Positions 24,188 to 36,680 of a DNA stretch of 64,000 nt are shown here, piece by piece (position 1 is the first letter of the stretch; the number at the start of each line of letters is the position of its first letter). Made by a program: the position numbers and the translations under genes. Origin of the DNA: Hormiphora californensis (lineage: Eukaryota; Animalia; Ctenophora); NCBI GenBank assembly GCA_020137815.1, contig CM035350.1, positions 7,254,001 to 7,318,000 on the forward strand. Reading direction: 5' to 3'. A model generated the notes under the pieces. It was given only the letters and a program-made list of their open reading frames with translations, had not been told where the DNA came from and ran no database searches.

Positions 24188-24387
24188 AGACTTGTTTTGC
24201 TTATTGGACACACTGATTACACACTGATTATTTTTAATCGTTTTTAGATTATTTTATTCCCATTTATACCATTTCTAATTATTGCACAACTTTTCCCACA
24301 GTTAAACAGTCCTAATTATCTAATTTTGATTTCGTTTAAATCACAGAGATGTTTGCCAGTGTTTAATCCTCTGCCTTCGTTTTAGAA

Positions 24388-26502
24388 ATGCAGATTCTCA
24401 AACGGCTAACTCTACGAATCCTGATATGTATTGCAGTGTTCCTTTACTGTCTTCAGGTCTTGCTCTCTAACTGGAACTCCTTCCTTCTTACTTGCATCGT
24501 CACCCCACTCTTCATGTACGGTCTAAATGTGCTCCTGAGAAAAGACTCCCTTTCCGCCTCAGTATCAATCGATGCTCTATTCGGCACCTTGACCTACCCT
24601 CAACATTCACTTCGAGAATTTTTCTGGATTCGGAGACATCGGCCCTTCCCGAGAGACTTCAATGATTCCATCATATCGAAGCCAATTTACCAAGTCATGG
24701 ACAATGTGTTGGATAAGTTTGTGCTAAGTTGGCACTCGGACATAACCCAGAGCAAGAAATTCCCTGCTGCCGTTAGGAGAGAGCTGACGTATGTGGTACA
24801 TCAGGCGTACGGTCGAATGAAATTAATCGATAAGTTTGAACTCATCCAGTTCGTGCTAGACATAATTTTAGTTCGAATTCAGGAAGTTGCTCGGAATACC
24901 TCTCCAGATTTGACTCAAATCAGTCACGCGGCGACTGTTAAAAGACCCAAAGAACAATACATTCGGGCTATTTGTGACCTCCTACTGAATGTGCTGATGA
25001 GACCACTTAGTTTTCAGTGCGAGGCCATTAGGCCGGTTCTACGGGAGATTCTCTCCACGGTCGTCTTAACTCCAATTGTAGAGGACATGACAGAGCCCTC
25101 CTTCATCTACAAGATCCTTCTTGATCTCATCGAAGATGATGAGGAGCTGGTTATCTCCGAGGAAGACCTGGAATTCATGCAGTCCAAACGGGAGAATCAG
25201 GGGAGGGGCTTTGATGTTCTGGCGGAGAAACCACAAGAGGAACCGGAGGAACGGCAAGCCTTCATTCGGCCTGGTCATTTTGATCAGGACCAAAGAGGCA
25301 ATCGTTTTCGAATTCCAAAAGTTCGGTTATTCGGGGAGGGTCTCAAGAGGTTTGCAGTTTACGTGATCGAGTATTCCACCAAACTTTGGGAAGATGACAA
25401 CACACAGAGCCGCGAAGATATTCAACTGCACCTTGTGGGAAGAAGATTCAAAGAGTTCTCAGCCCTTCATGACAGGCTCTTGAAATTTGCAGAAACAAAA
25501 ATCATTGTCAAGAATATAACTTTCCCCAGCAAGGAGGCATTTTCTTCCTTCCCTTTCAATCGTCTCGACAAAGACTTCCTATCCGGCCGAAGAGATTTAC
25601 TAACTCAGTACATGAATGAACTTTCCAAGTACACCGCTGTTGTTGAGTCTCCCGACTTTAGGGAGTTTCTCGGGTTTGAGAAGGACAAACTAACTGAGTT
25701 TGGGGCACGGAGAAACAGTTTTGCAGAAACCAAGATCGGTGGAAAACTATCCAAAGTGTTTCAGAAAATTTCAAGCACTTTCGAGAGGGCTACATCCAGT
25801 TTTGATAAGCAAGACTTTCCGGACATTGAGGGGGAAAAGTATGCCTCGTACAAGGAGACATCTAAAAAGCAGAAGAAGCTCCATACTCTTTCTCGTGAGC
25901 ACTACAATTACCTGAATGCCCCCTGTAGTTCAGATATTAATAAGTTATTGGATGCACATCTCAAAAAGAAGCAAGCAGAAATACCGGTTATAACTGATCC
26001 AATTTACTGCGTCGAACCTAGTTATCAACCAATGTCTGTTACTGAGTGTCGATTTACCCCAACCATCCTTAGTATAGTTCAAAAACTCTTCTGGAGAACG
26101 GGGAACTTATTGGGTAAATCTGGGCTAGCTCGCATGATCTCCGCTATTTTTCGTCTCCCGTTTAACCGGTTTATCATGAACAAGGTGAATCAGCTAACAT
26201 CTGAGTTGTACTGGTTTATTTATATCTCAAAGCTGAATAAGATAGTGTTTGAGGATGATGAAGAGGGTGAGGAGGAAGAGAAAATATCTAAAGATCAGTT
26301 TATAGATAGAGTTTTAGCCAAGTATAACTATAAATTGCTCAAGAGGTTTGAACTGAGAAATGCTATCGAGGTCTTTGCAGATGCATTGTCCGATAAAGTT
26401 ACAAATCAGTCGATATTGTTTTTTGTCGCCGATCATGTTTTACCAATGTTTGTTCCTGAGCTAGATGGAAGATTGAAAACTCCGTATATTACACCCATAT
26501 GA
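24388..26502 (+). CDS. Sorting nexin of the PXA-PX-PXC (SNX13/14/19/25) group, no obvious RGS domain, intronless
   Basis: Two N-terminal TM helices; LDKFVLSWHSDIT (PXA); RRFKEFSALHDRL..LSGRRDLLTQY (PX); C-terminal PXC-like region. Confidence 0.88.
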   Translation: MQILKRLTLRILICIAVFLYCLQVLLSNWNSFLLTCIVTPLFMYGLNVLLRKDSLSASVSIDALFGTLTYPQHSLREFFWIRRHRPFPRDFNDSIISKPIYQVMDNVLDKFVLSWHSDITQSKKFPAAVRRELTYVVHQAYGRMKLIDKFELIQFVLDIILVRIQEVARNTSPDLTQISHAATVKRPKEQYIRAICDLLLNVLMRPLSFQCEAIRPVLREILSTVVLTPIVEDMTEPSFIYKILLDLIEDDEELVISEEDLEFMQSKRENQGRGFDVLAEKPQEEPEERQAFIRPGHFDQDQRGNRFRIPKVRLFGEGLKRFAVYVIEYSTKLWEDDNTQSREDIQLHLVGRRFKEFSALHDRLLKFAETKIIVKNITFPSKEAFSSFPFNRLDKDFLSGRRDLLTQYMNELSKYTAVVESPDFREFLGFEKDKLTEFGARRNSFAETKIGGKLSKVFQKISSTFERATSSFDKQDFPDIEGEKYASYKETSKKQKKLHTLSREHYNYLNAPCSSDINKLLDAHLKKKQAEIPVITDPIYCVEPSYQPMSVTECRFTPTILSIVQKLFWRTGNLLGKSGLARMISAIFRLPFNRFIMNKVNQLTSELYWFIYISKLNKIVFEDDEEGEEEEKISKDQFIDRVLAKYNYKLLKRFELRNAIEVFADALSDKVTNQSILFFVADHVLPMFVPELDGRLKTPYITPI

Positions 26503-27012
26503 CACACAAGTTTTAATTTTTCATCGTTTATTTTACTGATTAATGTAATTTATTGTTTTGAATGTTTTCCAGTTTTTTAATTTCTTGTTTTTATTGGACA
26601 GTTTGGGAAACTCTTTAGTGTTTAGATTCCGATACAAAATGCTATAACACAACTTTCCGCAATAAAGAGTTTCCTAGGCTTGTAAAATGTAAAATGTAAG
26701 GATTCTGGTTTACTTAAACCTTCAATCGCTTCTGGATGTTTACAGAATATAAATACTTGAACTCAGGATGTCAAATACACATGATGTCATCTGTCACATG
26801 TTTCAGCTGTATTGATTGGAGAATGAAGTTTGTTTGTATTGGAGCCATGTAGTGGAGAGAGAGTGACTGTACATGTTCACCAACTCAAAACATGTAATGA
26901 GGCTTGTGAGATGTATACAATGCGTGTCACGTTTCACCAATTGTTTGTACACTTCCTGAGGAAGAGAGTATACCACTGTATCATACTATACATTCCCTGA
27001 TTACCATACTGC

Positions 27013-27186
<174 letters not shown>

Positions 27187-27959
27187 CTTTCTCATTTCTC
27201 TCTCTTTCCAGTCAAGCCACTGCGCTCCAAAAGACAAGTTATTACACACGGTACGTAAGTTTGTACACTCTAATTGCATGTTACTATTCCTGTACCGGCC
27301 ATTAATATGCTTCGCTAGCACAGTACAGTGACATTTGAGAAGATGAAAAGTGAGACTCTATATAAAGGCTATTCTCTTTTCTCTGTGTACAGTGGTAGAC
27401 ATTGGTACGATTCAAGTGTCAAATCCAAGTGCAAACCCAAGTACAAATTATCTCTAAAGATAATTTAATTTTCAAAATTATATATGTTTACTTTTAGTTA
27501 AAACTTGGTGCGAGTAACCCTGGTCAATTGCAGCTGGTACCTGAGGGTAGATCAGACTCAGCATTGGGTGGCTAAGGTGATTTGAGAACAATTTTACCTT
27601 GCGCGTGCTAACAATAGTGGTTTCTGTACAAAGGATCTGTTATCAGGTCAAGTTACATGTCTTCGAGTTAACAACTTCACTTATATGACGTATCACGTCA
27701 TGCGTTTAGTTACTAACTTCCTTCAGGTAACTTAGTTACCACTGAAATTAGATAATTGATGCCTAATTGGGCTAATTAGACGCGACATCCGCCGGTTCGG
27801 GCATGTCCGTGACAAAGCAGCAACGCTATTGCGCGGCTCAAAAGCAGAGAGAAGTGGCGCATAGACGTAACGCGCGAAGACACAACCGTGGATACTCACT
27901 ATCTCTCATTTTCTGGCTCTATATTTCTCTCTGTGGATGTCGCTCCCCCTCCTTCTCTT

Positions 27960-28033
<74 letters not shown>

Positions 28034-28473
28034 TCTCTCTTCCTCGATTTTACACGCTTTCGAGAGACGCCATGACATAGCTGCTCTCAGATGACCCTAA
28101 ATTAGACAACGTATTACATCCATGAAATGACAGCCACCTTTTGTAATTTGAATCATTGATTAATAATGTAAAGAAACGGGATTTTGTCAAATGAAAACAT
28201 GGGAAAGACAATACGACAGTTTAAATAAAACAAAACGAATAGCTACTGGCAGTGGCACTGCAGTTGTTAATTTCAATAATTGTACTACCACATTCTCACT
28301 ACTATTCTCGTCCACTTTTAAATTCAAATGCTAAATCGAACTAAATTTAAATCTAAGTTTAAAACTCTTCAAATATACATGGGATATACAACTTGATACA
28401 TTTTCTACTAGAGGCGCTCCAGCTTCACTTCATCTAAAACATGTGAAAATACAGGACAGCCCTCTGGCAACAA

Positions 28474-31400
28474 TCAGATGGTGGCCTTGAGACTATTCTT
28501 TCTTATTTCATTAGTTGACCGTGAATGGATATCAGCTGACTTTAAATTGGTCTGGTTACCAAAGTTGCTGTATAGTCTGGCAATCCTATCTAGTTCACTG
28601 TCCATTGACATGTGATCGAAGTGTCGGTCAATACTAGCAGTACCCTTCATTCCTGATACAATGCTGCCCACATGGACTAGGTTGAGGGCCCCAGCGTCAA
28701 TGTGGTCCTTCATTTGGACGATCACGGTGGGCCACAGGAAGAAGCAGATGAAGAAATCTGAAGAAAGGGGGTGGTTAATATGTGGTCATCATTCTCTATC
28801 CACATTTCCAGTCTTTCATTAATACCACTCAAGGATTTATTACGAGTCCCATCTCTCTTTTACATTCCCAATCCCTCAAATGTATATCTCCTTGCTCTGC
28901 CGAAACCTCATGTGCAGAGAAATAACCCGCACAGAGTAAATAAAATGTAAGCTACACAAACGGGACACAAACATCTCCCTCTAATTTATACCTGCGATCA
29001 TGTTTCCGGGTATATGGCACCTAATCCGTAGCAACACCCGGGCTCCAGTCACATAGAAGACATATCCGAAGTAGCATGTCCAGGCGATACTGCTGCTGCC
29101 CGGGATATGTAACTGCCACTCCACTATGTTAAATACCACAACTCCAATCAGTAGCATGGATAGAGATATCTAGGAGGAAATGTATGGGTGATGGAAAGAG
29201 TTTAGGGGAGATGAGTTGACACTGGAGGGCCAGGGTACTGTATCTAGATTGCAATAGACCCTCCCGGAGGGTCCCTCCGGTACTGTTAGAGAAGCTCGAT
29301 CACTCACAAAACCACTAACAAAAGCACTTACAAAACCCTCCCTTCACCAGTAGAGCTAAAGAAGGGCCAGGTAAAAACACCCCCTCTCGTACCTGCCACA
29401 GATATGGATGTTTACTGTTGTTAGTCTTGGCCAGGCAGTTCCCACACGTGTAAGGTCCCAGCACCACGTTCTTTAGAGTCTCCCTCATGAGCCGGGGCTG
29501 CCACGTGGTAATCACATCGAGGAGGCCAATTGTAAACTGGGGTGGGTCGTAGTCTTCCTCTCTGAACTCAGATTCAAGTCCTTGGTAGATGGCAGCACAC
29601 AGGATGAGAAGAAGGATGGTGTAAGGGAAGGCCGCCACTATACTCGCCGTCTGGATTGCCACCAAGGCAGACCGCCCCCCTGCTGCAAGGAGCGACGTGG
29701 CACAGGCACCTTCCACCATCGCCCAGAATATTCGTTGGGTAACAGGCGGCTCCTGAATGGTTGAGAGGGTTATTCAGAGAGGGGGCACATTGGGTACAGT
29801 AACTCTATGAGAAGTTTACCAAAATTTCAGACACTTGTTTATTGCCCCACGGTACAACTCATGCGCTCACAACTACACCTCCTTCCCCACTGTAACACAC
29901 ATCCCCAACTCACACTATCTCCGTTACTAGCGAGAGAGTCAATGATGAGCGATCCAGAATCACTACTGGTCAGCAGGTACAGAACCAGCCCCACTAGTGA
30001 CACAACAGAGAGGAAGTTCCCATAAATATCCCCATAGCTCGCCATCAACATGAACCACATTTTCTCCTTCTCGTGACAGGACAACCGTGTGATCTGTTTT
30101 TTATCCACCATCATCATCGTAGAGCCGTATTCTGTTGTGCTGTTTATCTGTGGACGAGAGGGGGTGTCAGATGGGGGCCGGAATAGGGAACCCATAAGAG
30201 GTCAAATGTGGGCCCTAAATGGTGGTGATGTCAAGTATTATACACACGTCCTGTAATTTGAAACCAGACAATGTCTGAGACATTCTGAGAACAGAGTAGA
30301 GAGAGTCAACTGTCACGCTGTACTGCTCTCACGACAAATATTTCTAAAAACTGAATAGGTATAATTGGGTATAATTAGGTATAATTGGGTATAATTGGCC
30401 CATGACAGCGACTGGTTCACGACTTAAACTAACTTTTTTCATTTCATTTTTGGCATAATTGGTTCGGGTTACCTCTGTGGAAAGGTTGTATATCGTGTTG
30501 TTGAATGATTCGATGATTCCTCTGCTGCACGGATTGCACTCTCCGTCCTTGCAAAGTATCCCCTCCCACCCTGTCTTGTTCGGATAAACTGAGAGAGAGT
30601 GGGATGAAGGAGAGAGAGTGGGGGTAACCATGGTAACACTGAAGAGTTCCTAGCACTATGGTTACCAAGGTAACTAATTACCTGTATCAATAAGAGAGAT
30701 ATCGGTGGGAACACTACTATTCCAATTGGGGCAACACAGCCCCTTTGAGGCAGCCAGCCGTTCCATTTTAATACCTGACCCACCGAACACCGTCAGCCAC
30801 AGGAAGGAGTAGAGGACAGGTGCGGTTAGGGAGCCGTGTATGAACTCCCGGATAGTTCTGCCGCGGGATATTTTAGCGATGAAGGCTCCTACAAAGGGAG
30901 ACCAAGCGATCCACCAGCTCCAATAGAACACTGTCCACTCGTTCATCCAGGCACTATCACCGTCACTATCATCGACAGCCCTGGTGGGGAGATTGGGGTT
31001 CACACACTCCTCTCTTATTTAGTGGTATCAGTGTGGTGGGGAGATTGGGTGGGGTTCTCTCTCAGTCACGTCCAAATACCCCTCTCTTATTTAGGCTCAG
31101 GTTTAATTAGGTTACACTTATCTTACACACATACACAAACACGCTCTTTCTCCTAACCTGGCCCTGTCCTCTGAGCCATAGCTAGGTCCAACTTGTTCAA
31201 ATGCGTCACAGTGGAAACTCAGTTGAACTAAATTCTGTACATAGAATCCTAGTGTCTGAAATGGTGTCAAATTACAGAATAATATTATGTAAGATAGTAC
31301 CACCCACGGAGGGTTCACAGGCAGATCACACATGATTCATCACACCCTCTCTTATCTGAGATCACACATGATTCAAGTATAAAATAGCCCATCACGGGGT

Positions 31401-34400
31401 ACCGACTAGAGATCTGCAATGGGTAGTCTATACGTTAACTAGACAATTTAGATTTTAGAACTTATATTTTACCTGGAGGAACAAGTTGAGTATGTAACTG
31501 GGACTATCCAGAAAGAAGACAACTAGCATAAGGAACATGCCAATTATAAAACACGCCTGACTGATCCTCCTTACTCCCCTTCTTAGACCTGGAGGAGAGA
31601 GAAAGGGTGTCGGGTTAGGAGAGAGGGGTGTTGGGTTAGGAGGAGAGAGAAAGGGTGTCGGGTTAGGAGATAGCGTGTTGAATTGGGTTTGGAGATAGGG
31701 TGTTGGGTTGGGTTCAGGGTAGGGAAGAAAACATGGATGACATTATACATATTTCATAAAGAGAGAGAGAGGGAGGTTCAGCATAGTTACATGATGAACT
31801 ACACACGTAACTATAATTGTATAGGGAAATACAAGTACATGTTGATGTAACTATACATGGAAATACATGGAAATACATGTAACTTTTATTAGACAAGAAA
31901 TATACACAGCTAGTAACGAGAAAATACCCCGTGATTTAAACACCTTGATCTCCGATAGATCCTATTAAAGGGGGCCGTGTTAGTGACACTTAAGTGACAA
32001 ATTTGTCACTTACTAAGTGTTGCTGAATATTACATGCATAAATGTGACAGGATATAATGTATGTACATATATATAATGTATATTGATATACTTGTGTGTA
32101 CTTTATTTAAACTGCTCAGATAGGAAGCACACAAGTTAGAATGCTTAGCTTTGTAGATGGCTCGCTGGACTAAATCAAATTGTTGAACTCACTAACTTAT
32201 TAATTAATTAATTAACACACCACGATTTTAAACTACCCTCAATAAAATATCACTCACCACTGACAACGGAGAGCGTTGCACAAAAAGTGATACTCCAAAT
32301 GATGAATATCTGAACATCTTTAGATTCCGGGATGAATGGAAACAGAAAATGCAGTCCTGCAGGAAAAGGAGATGTGGGTTGGTTTGTGTGTTTGTATGTC
32401 ATGTTTGTATGTCATGGTAGAAGGAGACGCGACTGACTGGAGGGCGCGGCTATCCGAGTCGCGGTAATTCTCGACCAGAAACACAGAGAGAGAGTGCCGC
32501 GCGCACACACAGATAGGCCAGAGAGCTGGCTGCTGACACTCACACTGTGATGTGCTTTATGTCACAGTGATGTGCTTTATGTCACACTCACCTGAGTTCA
32601 CCTGGATGACACCAATACCCAGGCTGGTACACACTCCGAATATTGTCGTGATAATGGAGAGAATGTCTATCAAATCCCCTACCCATCCGAATATCTAAAA
32701 ATAGATGATGTGATCAGAGACCGGGAAAGACCGTTATTCTAGAAGGGGGGGGGTCAGGGGTACCTTTTCTCCGATGAGAGGGTAGAAGCAGCTCTTCATA
32801 GTAAGAGGCAGGTCCCATCTGAAGGACGTGAAGGCTAGCACAATCCCCACAATACAGTAGACTACCCAGGCGTGAAGACCTGAGTGGGTGATTTATTGTC
32901 TTGTCTTTAATTGGGTGCCCTTTGAAAGGACTACAGAAAAATATCAATGTCTGAATTGACGCCCCGCTGCACGGAAATCTTTAGTAAAAGGCGAAAGATT
33001 TATTCGTGATGCAGTGAGACCAGACTACCAAGAGTTGCTCGTCCATGCTATACAAATTTCAGAACAGAAACAAACCTTGTGTTTTACTACATTCTCTTAA
33101 CTCACCCCAATGATAGAATGTGATATTCATAGCCATCTGGGCAAGTGAATTGTCGGGTAGATAGGGATCTTTAATGAATCGATTATCCGGTAAGAAGGTT
33201 GAGGTTGTGTAATGGCGGAGTGGCTCTGAAACACTGAAAATACACGTGGTCACATGACGGGGAGGGGAAGTAATATAGTAGTATAGGTAGGCTCCCCCTG
33301 GTGTTCTGCAGCAGTCTCTCTGCTACTTACTGCAGCAGTCTCTCTGCTACTGCTGCAGCAGCTATTGAGGTACATTCTTCCCCTGGATCAGGGCCCTATT
33401 GAGTGCTGGCAAGGACTTCTGAACAAGTGATGCCCTAGTAACCCCCTGGCCCCTAGTAACCCCCTAGTAACCTCCTAGTAACCCTCTAGTATCCTCCTAG
33501 TAACCCCCTAGTAACCTCTAGTAACCTCCTAGTAATCTCCTAGTAACCTCCGAGTAACCTCCTAGTAACCCTCTAGTAACCTCCTAGTAACCCCCTAATC
33601 CCTATTAACCTCCTAGTAACCTCCTAGTAACCCTCTAGTAACCTCCTAGTAACCCTCCTAGTAACCCCCTAGTAACCCCCTAGTAACCTCCTAGTAAACC
33701 TCTAGTAATCTCCTAATAACCCCCTAGTAACCCTCTAGTAACCTCCTCATAACCTCCTATTAACCCTCTAGTATCCCTGTAGTAACCTCCTAGTAACCCC
33801 CTAGTAACCTCCTAGTAATCCCCTCATAACCTCCTAGTAACCCACTAGTAACCTCCTAGTAATCCCCTCATAACCTCCTAGTAACCCACTAGTAACCTCC
33901 TAGTAACCCTCTAGTAACCCCCTAGTAACCCCCTAGTAACCTCCTAGTAACCCTCTAGTAACCTCCTAGTAACCCCCTAGTAACCTCGTTGAGGTTTACC
34001 TAAAAAAGAAGAGTCCTATTCCGATACCGCAGGCAAACAACATAGAAAACCACTCTGCATCTGAAAACTCTGGCTCGTCTTTATCCTTGCCTGTGTGAAA
34101 ATAGGCAGTCAGCATGACAAAACACAAATAATGACAATGAGTGATAACGAGACATACCGAGTTTGACATTAGCGTATTTGCTGAAGTAGAGCCAAGTGAC
34201 AAAGAGACATACATACTTACCGAGTTTGACATTGGCGTATTTGCTGAAGTAGAGCCAAATGACGAAGAAAGCTCTGAAGTCCTGGCTGCCAATAAACAGC
34301 CATGTAAAGTACTCTGACAAGCGCCGCTTGATATTCAAAAACTGGAACTGAGCATCTGGAATTAGATGTGAATTAGGTGTGAGCAGTAGTACATGTGTAA

Positions 34401-36500
34401 GGTAAGGGAAGTACCCCCAATCTCCCCAGCAGTACCCCAATCTCCCCAGCAGTACCCCAATCTCCCCAGCAGTACCCCACTCTCCCCAGCAGTACCCCAC
34501 TCTCCCCAGCAGTACCCCAATCTCCCCAGCAGTACCCCACTCTCCCCAGTAGTACCCCACTCTCCCCAGCAGTGCCCCCACTCTTCCCAGCAGTACCCCA
34601 ATCTCCCCAGCAGTACCCCACTCTCCCCAGTACCCCACTCTCCCCAGCAGTACCCCACTCTCCCCAGCAGTACCCCACTCTCCCCAGCAGTACCCCCACT
34701 CTCCCCAGCAGTACCACACTCTCCCCAGCAGTACTCCACTCTCCCCAGCAGTACCACACTCTCCCCAGCAGTACCCCACTCTTCCCAGTAGTACTTACTC
34801 TCCCCAGTATCCCCACTCTCCCCAATCAGTACTTACTCTCCTCAGTACCCCACTCTCCCCAGTAGTACCCCCACTCTCCCCAGCAGTACCCCCACTCTCC
34901 CCAGCAGTACCCCCACTCTCCCCAGCAGTACGCCACTCTCCCCAGCAGTACCCCACTCTCCCCAGCAGTACTCCACTCTCCCCAGCAGTGCCCCCACTCT
35001 TCCCATCAGTACCCCACTCTCCCCAGCAGTACCCCACTCTCCCCAGTAGTACCCCACTCTCCCCAGTAGTACCCCACTCTCCCCATTACCCCCACTTTCC
35101 CCAGCAGTACCCCACTCTCCCCAGCAGTACCCCACTCTCCCCAGCAGTACCCCACTCTCCCCAGCAGTACCCCACTCTCCCCAGCAGTACCCCACTCTCC
35201 CCAGCAATACCCCCACTCTCCCCAGCAGTACCCTACTCTCCCCAGCAGTACCCCACTCTCCCAGCAGTACCCCACTCTCCCCAGCAGTACCCCACTCTCC
35301 CAGCAGTACCCCACTCTCCCCAGCAGTACCCCACTCTCCCCAGCAGTACCCCAATCTCCCCAGCAGTACCCCACTCTCCCCAGCAGTACCCCACTCTCCC
35401 CAGCAGTACCCCACTCTCCCCAGCAGTACCCCCACTCTTCCCAGCAGTACCCCAATCTCCCCAGCAGTACCCCACTCTCCCCAGCAGTACCCAACTCTCC
35501 CCAGCAGTACCCCCACTCTTCCCAGTAGTACCCCACTCTCCCCAGCAGTACCCCACTCTCCCCAGCAGTACCCCACTCTCCCCAGCAGTACCCCCACTCT
35601 TCCCAGCAGTACCCCACTCTCCCCAGCAGTACCCCACTCTCCCCAGCAGTACCCCACTCTCCCCAGCAGTACCCCACTCTCCCCAGCAGTACCCCACTCT
35701 CCCCAGCAGTACCCCACTCTCCCCAGCAGTACCCCACTCTCCCAGCAGTACCCCACTCTCCCCAGCAGTACCACACTCTCCCCAGCAGTACCCCACTCTC
35801 CCCAGCAGTACCCCACTCTCCCCAGCAATACCCCCACTCTCCCCAGCAGTACCCCACTCTCCCCAGCAGTACCACACTCTCCCCAGCAGTACCACACTCT
35901 CCCCAGCAGTACCCCACTCTCCCCAGCAGTACCCCACTCTCCCCAGCAGTACCCCACTCTCCCCAGCAGTACCCCACTCTCCCCAGCAGTACTTACTCTC
36001 GGGGTCGCTGATGCACCAAACAATGAAGGTAACTATGACCGTCAGGGATGAGAATGTCGTGAAGGGATTTAGTCGAATCTTCAGGAACTCGTACTTGGGA
36101 TGATTGTACTTAAACCAAAAGTTAGTTATCTCCGTCCTCTCACGTCGGATTATCATACTTGTCTTGTCCGTCTAAGGAGAGCAAAATGAGGTTTAGTGAT
36201 AATCGAACCATTAAGATATTCATAGAACAGATTGAATGTTAGACATCTTTCTGACAAAGGAGATACATACGATAGCTTGGAATTACAATTTATCAGACTG
36301 ACCCATTCTTGTGGCATCTGTCTCGGAACCCGTTCAGGTTTGGGTGTCTTCATGTACTTCATATGGTCCTCCTGTTTAGATTCCTGTTTCTCACCCTGGT
36401 CTACATTGTCCCCGTTACTGAGGCTGGTGTATGTCTTGGCGGTAGCCCCGGCACTATCCGTGATTGTGATGATAGTGTGCTCCCCCGTCGTGCTTACCAT
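28474..36500 (-). CDS. BCCT-family (betaine/choline/carnitine) transporter, multi-exon
   Basis: [23 protein letters not shown]; [32 protein letters not shown]; [18 protein letters not shown]; [14 protein letters not shown] introns. Confidence 0.9.
33432..33986. repeat. Intronic 11-12 bp minisatellite
   Basis: (ctagtaacc[c/t]c)n starting beside the donor near 33999. Confidence 0.95.
34410..35996. repeat. Intronic ~20-bp minisatellite (~75-80 copies)
   Basis: (ctccccagcagtaccccact)n beginning exactly at the donor at 35996. Confidence 0.97.
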
Positions 36501-36571
36501 GGTGCAGGTGGTGCTGCGGACCTACACGGTACTGGCCCGGTACAGCGGGCTACAGGGCTGTATAAGGTTAG

Positions 36572-36680
36572 CAGGAACCGACCGAAACAAGTAAACAACC
36601 AATCAGAACTCGTTATTTAGGTCACGTGACTGGTTATCAGCCAATCAGGGACCAGTATTTCCTGATTCGGTCGGTTCCTA
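36572..36680. mobile_element. Second copy of the 109-bp hAT-type MITE
   Basis: Nearly identical to 15370-15478; TSD AAGGTTAG/AGGGTTAG (7/8 match). Confidence 0.88.

Noticed and set aside
34081-36156. Long repetitive ORFs ([13 protein letters not shown].., [10 protein letters not shown]..)
   Set aside because: Translations of a 20-bp intronic minisatellite that is open in several frames. The same applies to 42618-43336 and 8608-9098.
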